A stretch of 64,000 nt of DNA, from assembly GCA_038212275.1 (NCBI GenBank), contig JBBQUR010000002.1:192001-256000 (forward strand), read 5' to 3'. Numbering within the stretch: position 1 is the first letter of the stretch; every line of letters begins with the position of its first letter. Below are positions 27,648 to 36,125 of the stretch, one piece after another. This stretch comes from Planctomycetota bacterium (GTDB lineage Bacteria > Planctomycetota > B15-G4). The notes below the pieces were generated by a model. It was given only the letters and a program-made list of their open reading frames with translations, did not search any database and was not told where the DNA came from. The position numbers and the translations under genes were made by a program.

Positions 27648-30257
27648 TCATCCCGCTCCGCCCAGGAGGGCAGACACGATGACGATGACGATGGCGATGC
27701 CGAGTCCCAGCGCGAGGAAGCCGAACACGCGGAAGGCGCGCTCCAGCTCCGGCGGGAACGGGCCAGTGAGGTGTTTCTGAAGCTCGCCTGAAGCCAGCAG
27801 CCGCTCGTACTCCAGCGGCTTGTCGTGGCGCAGCTCTTCCAGCGGCATGCGGCCCGTGAACATGACCATGTCCATCGGCCACTTGTCAGGGCGCAGATGC
27901 GAGTTGAAGAAGTGGATCGTGAAGATGAACACCACGGCAAGCAACGCTTCGTCGCTGTGCACGATGGTCGCGACGTTGAGGAACCAGCCTGGCACGACGT
28001 GCGTGGCCGCTTCGGGGAACCAGAGCATCAGTCCGGTGAGGCCGATGACCGCGACGCCCCAGAACACCGCGAAGTAGTCGAACTTCTCCCAGTAGGTGTA
28101 GCGCTCGAAGCGCGGCCTGGGACCGCGGCCGACGAACCAGCGCAGCATGCCGCGCAGGTCGTTCCAGTCGCGGCGCCCGAACATGAGCGTGTCGGGAGCC
28201 GTCAGCATCGCCAGCCAGCTCCGCTTCCAGCTGCGCCGCTTGCTGATCAGGTCGAGCAGGTGCACGCAGAAGATGGAGATGAGCGCCAGGGCGCCGATGC
28301 GGTGCAGCACGCGCATGGCATCGGGGCCGCCGAGCACGGGCGCGATGGCACCGGCCCAGCGCGCGGCCGAGAACTTCAGCGCCATGCCCGTGACGGCAAG
28401 GTCGAAGAAGGCCAGCATCATCACCATGTGCTGGATGCGCTGCTGGCGCGAGAAGCGCCTGAAGAACCAGCCCTCGCGCGTGGAGCGCATCGCCGCCTTG
28501 CCGGCCTGCCATTCCTTGCGCGTGCGCAGCAGCTTCACCAGCCATGCGGCGCTGTGTGCCAGCGCCACCACGAGCGTGCCGACGAGCAGCAGCGTCATGG
28601 CCCAGAAGGTCCAGAACAGCCACGGGTAGTGCTCCCGGTCATGCGGCGTAGCGTGCGTGAGGTAGCCGGTGAAGGCGACATGCGCGCCCTCGTGGCACTG
28701 GCTGCACGTGTTCACGATGTGACTGCTGCCCAGCGTCGAGGCCGGGTTGGAGGGCGGAAGGATCGCGTGCGTACCGTGGCAGTCGTAGCACTTGGCGGCC
28801 ACCGAGGAGCCGAGCAGCGTGGCCTTGCCGTGCAGCGTCTCGAGGAAGGTCTCGGCTTGCTCGGCATGGCAGTTGCCGCAGCTCTCCGTGACAGCCATCC
28901 GGAAGTTCGTCCCGTCGGTGCGGCCGATGGTGTGCGCCGTGTGGCAGTCGTTGCACGTGGGCAGCCTGCTGTCCGTCTCGGTGTTGCCCCGCCAGTGCAC
29001 GCCCGCGTGATATTGCTCCTCGATGCCCTGGTGGCACGCGCCGCACGTGGCCGCCACGTGATCGGGGGCAATGGACGAGCGCGGGTCCGAAGGCGCCTGC
29101 ATGGAGTGCGCGGTGTGGCAGCTCACGCACGTGGCGGCGACCACGAGGCCGGAGTCCATGAGGGCCTTGCCGTGAATGCTCTCCGTGTAACCACCGACGA
29201 TGTCGGCCGGAGCACGCCCGGTGCCCGCCTCGGCCTCGAGGCGCCGCGAGGCCTTCTCGCCCTCGCGATGGCACGTCGCGCAGAGTGCGGGAATGCGGCG
29301 CACGAACAGTGGCGAGTCGGGCTGCGTGTGCGGCGCCGCCGCGTGAACGTCGTGGCAGTCGAGGCAGCGCGGCGCATCGCTCACGCCCTGCGCGGAGAGC
29401 ACTCCATGGATGCTGGCCGCGTACTCATCGACGACGGCTGCATGGCACACGGCACAATTCACCTCATGAGTGGCCGTCTCGCAGGGCCGAGTCGGAGAGG
29501 CCCGCACGTCGGCGTGGCACTCCGCGCAGGCGATGCCCGCGTGCATGCTGCCGGCATAGGCCTCCGCCGCCACGTGAAGGCCCGGCCGCGCCGGGCCGTC
29601 GCCGGCGTCCAGATCGGTGCGCGCGTGGCACTCCATGCAATCGGCGTTCGCAAGGCCGCCGGGTTGCGCCGGCCGCGCGTCGTGCGACGCGTGGCAGTCC
29701 GCGCACGAGGGAATGACGCGTGGCGTCTGCTCCCAGAGCTCCGGGGCCATGACCTGCGCGTGCACCTCCGGCAGGCGCGTGTGGCAGGCGCCGCAGGTTT
29801 CCGCGACGCGCTCGCGGCTGGTGCTCGACTGTGGCTCGTCGGACGGCTGCACATCGTGGCCGGTGTGGCACGACGCGCAGGTCGCGGCGTCGATGAGTCC
29901 CTTGGCCGCCCTGCCCGGTCCGTGGATGCGGTCACTGGACGCGAAGGGGGTTGCCTCGTCCTCGTGGCACGTGGCGCACCGCACCGGCGCCACCTCGGCC
30001 GCGTGCAGTCCGTCCGTGCCCGCGAGGTCTGCGTGGCAGAGCACGCAGTCCATCGGCCCGTGGACGGAGGCCTCCAGTTGCGAGGCATCCACGAAGACCG
30101 ACATCGGGCGGCCGTTGCGGCTGCCCATGAGCTCGGGGTCCTCGTGGCAGCCAAGGCAGTCCGCGTTTTCCTGCGCCGCGACGGGCAGCGCCGCCAGGAG
30201 CACGACTCCCAGCGCGCGGAGGAGGGCACGAAGGTTGAACCGCTCCGTGGTGAACAT
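27648..30257 (-). CDS. 17-heme c-type cytochrome fused to a membrane cytochrome b domain (CbcL-like quinol oxidoreductase)
   Basis: Signal peptide; 17 CxxCH counted; C-terminal TM helices with His (QRIQH, VLHR, IVHSDEA, TIHFF) and YTYWEKFDYFAVFWG. Confidence 0.88.
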   Translation of the reverse strand: MFTTERFNLRALLRALGVVLLAALPVAAQENADCLGCHEDPELMGSRNGRPMSVFVDASQLEASVHGPMDCVLCHADLAGTDGLHAAEVAPVRCATCHEDEATPFASSDRIHGPGRAAKGLIDAATCASCHTGHDVQPSDEPQSSTSRERVAETCGACHTRLPEVHAQVMAPELWEQTPRVIPSCADCHASHDARPAQPGGLANADCMECHARTDLDAGDGPARPGLHVAAEAYAGSMHAGIACAECHADVRASPTRPCETATHEVNCAVCHAAVVDEYAASIHGVLSAQGVSDAPRCLDCHDVHAAAPHTQPDSPLFVRRIPALCATCHREGEKASRRLEAEAGTGRAPADIVGGYTESIHGKALMDSGLVVAATCVSCHTAHSMQAPSDPRSSIAPDHVAATCGACHQGIEEQYHAGVHWRGNTETDSRLPTCNDCHTAHTIGRTDGTNFRMAVTESCGNCHAEQAETFLETLHGKATLLGSSVAAKCYDCHGTHAILPPSNPASTLGSSHIVNTCSQCHEGAHVAFTGYLTHATPHDREHYPWLFWTFWAMTLLLVGTLVVALAHSAAWLVKLLRTRKEWQAGKAAMRSTREGWFFRRFSRQQRIQHMVMMLAFFDLAVTGMALKFSAARWAGAIAPVLGGPDAMRVLHRIGALALISIFCVHLLDLISKRRSWKRSWLAMLTAPDTLMFGRRDWNDLRGMLRWFVGRGPRPRFERYTYWEKFDYFAVFWGVAVIGLTGLMLWFPEAATHVVPGWFLNVATIVHSDEALLAVVFIFTIHFFNSHLRPDKWPMDMVMFTGRMPLEELRHDKPLEYERLLASGELQKHLTGPFPPELERAFRVFGFLALGLGIAIVIVIVSALLGGAG

Positions 30258-30399
30258 GCCCCGCCCTCGCGCCGGTCAGCGTGCCTGCCGCACGAAGCGG
30301 CAGGCGCGCAGGAACCAGGCCGCAGCCGCCCCCGCCGAGAGGCCTTCCGCGCGCGGCCACACGGCCGCCGCGGGCACGACACCGGAGTCGCTCACGCCG

Positions 30400-31125
30400 T
30401 CACGGCTTGTCGCAGCTACCGTCGGCTGCGCCGTGCGCGCAGGCGCATTCGGTGCACGCGCAGGTCGCCGCCAGTGCGGCCTTGCGTTCGTCGGAAAGCT
30501 CACGGCGCGGATCGAGATGCCGGATCTTCGGTTCGTACTCGCGGAAGCAGAACTTCTTGAAGGTCGGGCTTTCCTTGTTGTGGCAGCCGACGCAGGTGGC
30601 CGCGCTCGGGGTGAAGACGATCTCGCCCTCGGGCACGACGACCTTCTCGCCATCCTTCGCCTTGGCGGCGGCGGCGAAGCGCGCCTTCATGTGCGCCTCA
30701 CCCGGACCATGGCACGACTCGCATTGCACGCCCATGTCGGCCTTGAAGCCCGAGGCGAGTTCTTCGGCCGGAACGCCGAAGGCCGTCACGTGGCACTTGA
30801 GGCACGCATCGGCCTTCTGCGGGTCTTCGATGCCGAGCTTGCTGGCGGCTTCCTTTGCCTCGGGCGACGCGAGGCGCGCGAAGGCCTTGCTGTGATCCGT
30901 GCCTTCCCACTGGGCGAACTGGTCGCCGCCCGCCTCGGACTTGTGGCAGTTCTTGCACTTGGCGGCGCCGATGTACTTGTTGGCACCCGCCGCGCTGGCG
31001 CCAGGAACGGCCGCGCGCACCGGCACGGGATCCAGGGATCCGGCAGCAACGAGACCGAGGGCACACGCGGCGACGACGAGTCCGCTCCAGAGGCTTGAAG
31101 ACAAACCGAGGCACTTCACGCGCAT
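30400..31125 (-). CDS. Tetraheme cytochrome c554-like protein with a Cys-rich C-terminal tail
   Basis: AGGAGGAG RBS; YIGAAKCKNCH, CLKCH, GVQCESCHGPG, CVGCH; tail CACTECACAH...C. Confidence 0.85.
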   Translation of the reverse strand: MRVKCLGLSSSLWSGLVVAACALGLVAAGSLDPVPVRAAVPGASAAGANKYIGAAKCKNCHKSEAGGDQFAQWEGTDHSKAFARLASPEAKEAASKLGIEDPQKADACLKCHVTAFGVPAEELASGFKADMGVQCESCHGPGEAHMKARFAAAAKAKDGEKVVVPEGEIVFTPSAATCVGCHNKESPTFKKFCFREYEPKIRHLDPRRELSDERKAALAATCACTECACAHGAADGSCDKP

Positions 31126-31203
31126 CTCCTCCTGAACAGGGCCATTCGATTCCCGGCGCAGTCTGTCCCGAAGGTGGGCGCAGCCGCGCAGGGAGAAATA
31201 TTC

Positions 31204-31220
31204 CGCAACCCTCGTGCCAA
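31204..31220 (-). promoter_or_regulatory. Sigma-54 -24/-12 promoter upstream of the c554-like gene
   Basis: Minus strand TTGGCACGAGGGTTGCG, an exact TGGCACG-N4-TTGC match about 80 nt before the ATG. Confidence 0.75.
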
Positions 31221-31238
31221 CTGCGGAGACCGCGAGCT

Positions 31239-32147
31239 TCAGTCCGGCGGAAGCGATTCGCCAGCCGACGCGACGCCTGTGTCGGGCCACGCCGGGAAAT
31301 ATCCCGCGGCTGCCGCTGCATTCTCATTGCCGCGGAGCGCCGCGCGGACGGCGGCCGCCCAATCGTCGTCCGCTTCGGCGGCCAGATCGGCGCCAAGCCG
31401 CCGGAGCTGCGGGGGCGTGCCGAACTGCGCGACCGTTGCCGCGGCCCGGCGCCGCAGGTCGGGCGGGATCTCGCGAGCGCTCACGCACTCCGCAAGCAGC
31501 GCCACGGCGGCCGGCTCCCGTGCGCCACGTGTCGCGAGGTCACTCAGCGCAAACTCGGGCAGCGACGCGTGTCCGGTGACGCGCGCATCCGGATCCGGCG
31601 GCAGGCGCAAGGCATGTGCAAACCAGGTCCCCGCCTCGGGCGAGCCGGTGTCCCGGAGCGCACGCAGCAACGCGACGCGCTCGGCGTCGGCATGACCGGG
31701 TGCGAAGACCGACGGAGCCAGCTCGGCAAGTCCGCCCCCAGGCTGTCCGGCGATGACGACGAAGTGCTGATAGAGCGCGCGCTCGCTCCCCGGCCGGGGC
31801 TGCCTCGGGAACTCGGCCTGATCGGAATCCGCAGGCCCGCTCGCCGCCGCGGGCCACGGCGCCTCGGCGTTCGGCTCGAGCGCAACGGCCTGCAGCGCCT
31901 CCGCGGCGACGGAGCCTGCACGGCGGTTCGCCATCGACGCCGCATCCGGCACATCCGGCACATCTGATGAAGGCATCGCGGCGCTCGAGACCGCCTGGCC
32001 CGACGCCTCCACTGCGGCCGGCGGACGCTGCGGTCCGGCGTCCGCCATCACCAGCGCGATGACCGCGGCGACCGTCGCCAGCACGGCAACGGTCGCTGCA
32101 AGCATCGCTCCCCGCGTGCCGGGTGCCCTGTGGGATGCCGTGTTCAC
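31239..32147 (-). CDS. Hypothetical protein: N-terminal TM anchor, Ala/Pro linker, helical C-terminal domain
   Basis: GTG start after GGGAGG, 10 nt after the decaheme gene stop; hydrophobic MLAATVAVLATVAAVIALV. Confidence 0.65.
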   Translation of the reverse strand: MNTASHRAPGTRGAMLAATVAVLATVAAVIALVMADAGPQRPPAAVEASGQAVSSAAMPSSDVPDVPDAASMANRRAGSVAAEALQAVALEPNAEAPWPAAASGPADSDQAEFPRQPRPGSERALYQHFVVIAGQPGGGLAELAPSVFAPGHADAERVALLRALRDTGSPEAGTWFAHALRLPPDPDARVTGHASLPEFALSDLATRGAREPAAVALLAECVSAREIPPDLRRRAAATVAQFGTPPQLRRLGADLAAEADDDWAAAVRAALRGNENAAAAAGYFPAWPDTGVASAGESLPPD

Positions 32148-32157
32148 GCACCTCCCG

Positions 32158-35100
32158 TCAACGCGGCTTGTGGACCAGCTCCACGGCGACTTCCTTGCCC
32201 TCGCCGTGGCAAAGGGCGCACGCCTCGGCGCCCGACAACGTCGTCTGCGTCTCGATATGCACCGTGGTCAGGTCGTCGTCGTGGCACGCACTGCAGACCG
32301 AGGCCCATTCATGCACTTCCGGCGTCTGGCCGCCGACGCCGGGGTAGTCGCGATCCGCGGGGCCCTGCCACAGCGTGTTCTCGGTGCCGTGGCACTTGGT
32401 GCAGTTCATCGTGCCGCCGGGGAAGGCCGGGAACTCGACCTCGTCGTACATCGAGGCGGCGCCGCCGAATCCGATCACCTGGTAGGTGCTGGCATTGGCC
32501 AGCTCCGCGCCTCGGTGAATCTTGTGAAGCATCGTGCGGAAATCGATGGTCACGCCGGTCGACGGAGGCGCCGACGTGGTGTCGTACTGCGCCTTGTCCT
32601 CGCCGCCCGAGACGCTGTGGCAGAGCAGGCAGGACTCCACGCCGCGCCGGCCGCCGCCGTGGAACTGCGTGTCGTTGTGGCACGCGTTGCAGTTGGCGGT
32701 GGACGAGATGATCTCGTGCGGCATCACCTCCGTGGCCGTGGCGCCGTACAGGAAGTTGAAGTCGACCGCGTTCGAGGTGCTCCGGTAGGTCTGCACCTCG
32801 CCCTGCAGGGCGACCTGCAGATTCTGCGAGAACCACAGCGAGACGACGCAGGTGCCGTCCACGTAGGGCCTGCCGACCCATTCGCCCCACTCCGGACCCA
32901 GCGTGTCGGAGTCATTGGGCGGCGGCTGGTAGAGAGTCTGCAGCGTGTCGCCCGCGTGCCTGCGGTAGCCGAAGACGCCGTCGGTGCGGTAGGTCAGCAC
33001 GACGCCGTTGCTGTTGGCGGCGAAGGGCACGACCGACGTGATCGTGCCGTTGGCGGCGTTCAGCGTGTACTGATTGCCGGCGCCCTCCTGCCGGAAGGTC
33101 AGCGTGGCCTTGCCCACCGCCGCGCCGCTGGCGTGTGCGTAACGCACCGGCGACTTGAACCACATGCGCGTCGCGCTCTCGACCCATCCCAGCTGCAGAT
33201 ACTCGCGGGTGCCCAGACCTGCTGCGCTGTCGAGCACGACGTAGGTCGTCGAGGCGGTCGTGTAGCCAGCCGTGGACGCGACGTCCACGTAGCGCGCGAA
33301 CGGCGCGACATCGGCACTGAGCGTCGTCGGGTTGGCCACGGCCGTCACTTCGGAGAGCGCCTGCCGCCCGAAGTAGACGGGCAGGTTGCCCGCCGTGAAA
33401 GTCTGCCCGACCATGCCGTTGCCATCGCCGAGGTACTCGGTCGTGAACTCCATCGGGAACGCGATCGTGTAGCTGGACGCGTCCGGCACGAACTCGTAGT
33501 AGATGCGGTCGGGCGTCGGGAGCGTGCCCGTGAAGGCCGTACGCCCCGCGATGATCCCGAAGAGCACCTGGCTCGCCGGGCCACCGAGGAGCCCCGACAC
33601 GCCCGTCTCGAAGACCGTCACGTAGATGGTGTTGCCCGCGGCGAAGGCCGTGCTGCCCGCCGCGACGAGGAACGCGACGGTGCCGTCATCGGAGGTGAAG
33701 GCGTTGCTGCCGCTCACCGTGCTGGGAAGCGTGCCGGAGCCCATGGCCCCGGTCACGGAGCCCGTGACCGTGAAGGCCTGGGGTCCGGAGAAGGTCACGG
33801 CGAGGTTCTGAGTCACGGCGTCGCTGCGGAGAATGAGCGCGGAGAGCGACGAACCGTTCGGGTTTGTGCTCTTGCCGTCCACCGGCTGCAGCGCGCCGCT
33901 GCCGAGGCTGCCGCTCACCGTGCCCGTGACGGTGAACGCCGTGGCCGAGCTGAACTCCACCGTCAGCGTCTCGGCCACCGCAGGGCCGGACGCGACGACC
34001 TTGCTCATCGCGCCCTTGCCCGACGCGCTCGCGGCCTGCAGGCGGCCCGCGAAGTCGTACGGGCTGAGGCTGACGTTGCTCGTCCCGGTGTACGGCATCA
34101 TGACCTGCTGGTTGTTCGTCGGGCCGAGGAGCAACGACACCGAGGCGTCCATCGCGGTCAGGCCGACGGGGTCGCCCTGCTCGGTGCCGAGGCTGAAGAC
34201 GAGACGGGGCGTGTCGCCCGCCTGAAACCTGCCGCCGGCTCCGGTGCCACCCACGACGTCCGTGATGTCCACGTCGATGCCCGCACTGATTGCCGGATCT
34301 TCGAGCGGATGGGCGTGACCGTCCACGACGGCAAGCGAGTCGCCCTCCGTGGCGTGGCACACGTTGCAGGAGCTGCTCGGATTGGCCGGCATGATGTCCT
34401 GATTGGCTGCATAGGGCCGGTTCCAGTCGATGTCGTCGTGGCAACTTCCGCACGAGGCGCGGCCCGGCTGCGACTTGTAGAGATCGCCCTGAGCGGGGGC
34501 CTGCAGTTCGCCGCTCCCATCCGGATCGCCGTGGCACTTCAGGCACGTGGTGGCGCCGGCGCGGATCGCGTCCTCCTGGGCCTTCTGGCCCGAGGTCAGC
34601 GCCGAGTAGCCGTAGTCCTTCGGGACATTCGACGTGAGGTTCGGCCAGACCGGGAAGCGGACGAACGAGAAGTCGTTCACGCTGTTCATGAAGCCGACCA
34701 CCTCATAGGGCGCCGGAGTCGCGTCATAGTTGCGCGTCCCGTCTTCGTTCGTCGCCACGCCGTTCACCGACGGCAGGTGGTTGGCGTTGTGCAGCTTGTG
34801 GATCATCACCCTGAAGTCGATCGACACTCCGGGCGTGCCGTCCGCCGCCGTCGCCACGTTCTTGTCCTCGGCGCCGGCCGTGTGACACAGGAGGCAGAGC
34901 TTCGCCTCGCGGCGCAGGCCGCCGTGCGCCTGCAGCGACACGTGGCACTGGTTGCAGTTCTCGGTGCTCACGACGTCGCGCGAGGCGATCGCCGGTGTCG
35001 TGCCGAGCAGGAAGTCCTTCGTGGCGTTGCCGACATCGCGGTAGATGGCGCCATCGACGGTGTAGGTCCAGGCCGTGTACATGCCGACGGTGTAGGTGCC

Positions 35101-35679
35101 ACCCAGCAGCGACTCGCCGGCCAGCTCGCCGTCCGCGGCCCCGAAGGACGCGCTGTCATTGAGCGGCGGCAGGTAAGCCTCCGGGATCGGCGTCGCGAAG
35201 GTGTACTTGTAGGTGGCCACCCCCACTTTCACCGAGGCTGTCGCCAGGTCGGACTTCTCCGCGAGCACCCGCTGATAGTTGAAGGAAGGGCCCGACATCA
35301 TGATGCGCGCGGTGCCCATCTCGGCCAGGCCCCACGAGGAGCCATCGTTCTTCTTGAGCGTGAAGGTGACCGACAGCTTGTCGCCCGGAGCGAAGTGATC
35401 GGAGTTCGGCTTGGCCGCCGACGCGCTCGGCGCCGCGGCGGACGGCAGTGAACCGCCGGACAGCTCGATGATCTGCAGTTGCACGCCCGGCGCGTCTTCT
35501 GCCGGCAGCAGCTGGGTGTCCTCCGGCGTCGGCTCGGCCGAACTGCCGCCCGATCCGCCGCCGCCGCCGCCGCTGCCGCCACCGCAACCGGCGAGCAGCC
35601 CCGCCGTGCAGAACACCACGGCCATGAACTGCGCGGGGACCGAGATTCGGAAGAAGGAGGGCAAGGCGCTGAACTTCAT
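32158..35679 (-). CDS. OmcA/MtrC-family decaheme outer-membrane lipoprotein cytochrome, unusually long (1173 aa)
   Basis: Lipobox LAGC plus Gly linker; 5+5 CxxCH in two domains, each with CNxCH...HGGxRR...CLLCH...IDFRxMxHKxH, separated by beta-rich domains. Confidence 0.88.
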   Translation of the reverse strand: MKFSALPSFFRISVPAQFMAVVFCTAGLLAGCGGGSGGGGGGSGGSSAEPTPEDTQLLPAEDAPGVQLQIIELSGGSLPSAAAPSASAAKPNSDHFAPGDKLSVTFTLKKNDGSSWGLAEMGTARIMMSGPSFNYQRVLAEKSDLATASVKVGVATYKYTFATPIPEAYLPPLNDSASFGAADGELAGESLLGGTYTVGMYTAWTYTVDGAIYRDVGNATKDFLLGTTPAIASRDVVSTENCNQCHVSLQAHGGLRREAKLCLLCHTAGAEDKNVATAADGTPGVSIDFRVMIHKLHNANHLPSVNGVATNEDGTRNYDATPAPYEVVGFMNSVNDFSFVRFPVWPNLTSNVPKDYGYSALTSGQKAQEDAIRAGATTCLKCHGDPDGSGELQAPAQGDLYKSQPGRASCGSCHDDIDWNRPYAANQDIMPANPSSSCNVCHATEGDSLAVVDGHAHPLEDPAISAGIDVDITDVVGGTGAGGRFQAGDTPRLVFSLGTEQGDPVGLTAMDASVSLLLGPTNNQQVMMPYTGTSNVSLSPYDFAGRLQAASASGKGAMSKVVASGPAVAETLTVEFSSATAFTVTGTVSGSLGSGALQPVDGKSTNPNGSSLSALILRSDAVTQNLAVTFSGPQAFTVTGSVTGAMGSGTLPSTVSGSNAFTSDDGTVAFLVAAGSTAFAAGNTIYVTVFETGVSGLLGGPASQVLFGIIAGRTAFTGTLPTPDRIYYEFVPDASSYTIAFPMEFTTEYLGDGNGMVGQTFTAGNLPVYFGRQALSEVTAVANPTTLSADVAPFARYVDVASTAGYTTASTTYVVLDSAAGLGTREYLQLGWVESATRMWFKSPVRYAHASGAAVGKATLTFRQEGAGNQYTLNAANGTITSVVPFAANSNGVVLTYRTDGVFGYRRHAGDTLQTLYQPPPNDSDTLGPEWGEWVGRPYVDGTCVVSLWFSQNLQVALQGEVQTYRSTSNAVDFNFLYGATATEVMPHEIISSTANCNACHNDTQFHGGGRRGVESCLLCHSVSGGEDKAQYDTTSAPPSTGVTIDFRTMLHKIHRGAELANASTYQVIGFGGAASMYDEVEFPAFPGGTMNCTKCHGTENTLWQGPADRDYPGVGGQTPEVHEWASVCSACHDDDLTTVHIETQTTLSGAEACALCHGEGKEVAVELVHKPR

Positions 35680-35765
35680 GATCCGAGATCCTCTTGTCCT
35701 GAAACCGGGTTGAAGGCGGAGTGCTCTCACAGGAAGCCGAAGGCACGCCCCTCGCGGACTGCTTG

Positions 35766-35781
35766 AGCAATTGGCGTGCCG
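35766..35781 (-). promoter_or_regulatory. Sigma-54 -24/-12 promoter upstream of the decaheme gene
   Basis: Minus strand CGGCACGCCAATTGCT = GGCACG-N4-TTGCT, about 87 nt before the ATG. Confidence 0.72.
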
Positions 35782-36045
35782 TTCGCTCAATGGAAATGAG
35801 CCTTGAATCGCCGGGGCGCACGCGTTCGGGAGCCTACTCGACATGTCGCGGCCAAACTTTTCCCACTCGCGGCAGCCTCGTCGCCTCGGAACGGAAGCGT
35901 GCGCATGCGACTCACGGCAGAGGCCTGCCTGCCCCCTGCCGACGCGTGCAGCAGCAACTCGGTCATGTCGCCGGCGCTGAGGCGTCCCGGGGAAAATCCC
36001 GCTGTCGTCACTGCATTCTCAGCTGCGGCTTCACTCGGCGCGGCC

Positions 36046-36125
36046 GCCTCGCTGGTGGCATGCCTCACTGGTGGCATGCCTCACTTGTGGCAGCCCTCAC
36101 TTGTGGCAGCCCTCACTTGTGGCAG
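36046..36125. repeat. 16-bp tandem repeat x5 (CCCTCACTTGTGGCAG) duplicating the last codons and stop of the 13-heme gene
   Basis: Units at 36046, 36062, 36078, 36094 and 36110, diverging stepwise away from the gene. Confidence 0.9.

Noticed and set aside
30283..30305. 9-bp hairpin between the c554-like and CbcL-like genes as a terminator
   Set aside because: No U-tract follows on the coding strand, and short GC stems arise easily by chance here.
35772..35787. Plus-strand GG-N10-GC match at the decaheme promoter
   Set aside because: Weaker match produced by the local symmetry of the site, with no credible plus-strand gene downstream.
36046..36125. Direct repeats as a possible CRISPR array
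   Set aside because: Units are 16 bp, directly adjacent with no spacers, copy the gene end, and no cas genes are present.
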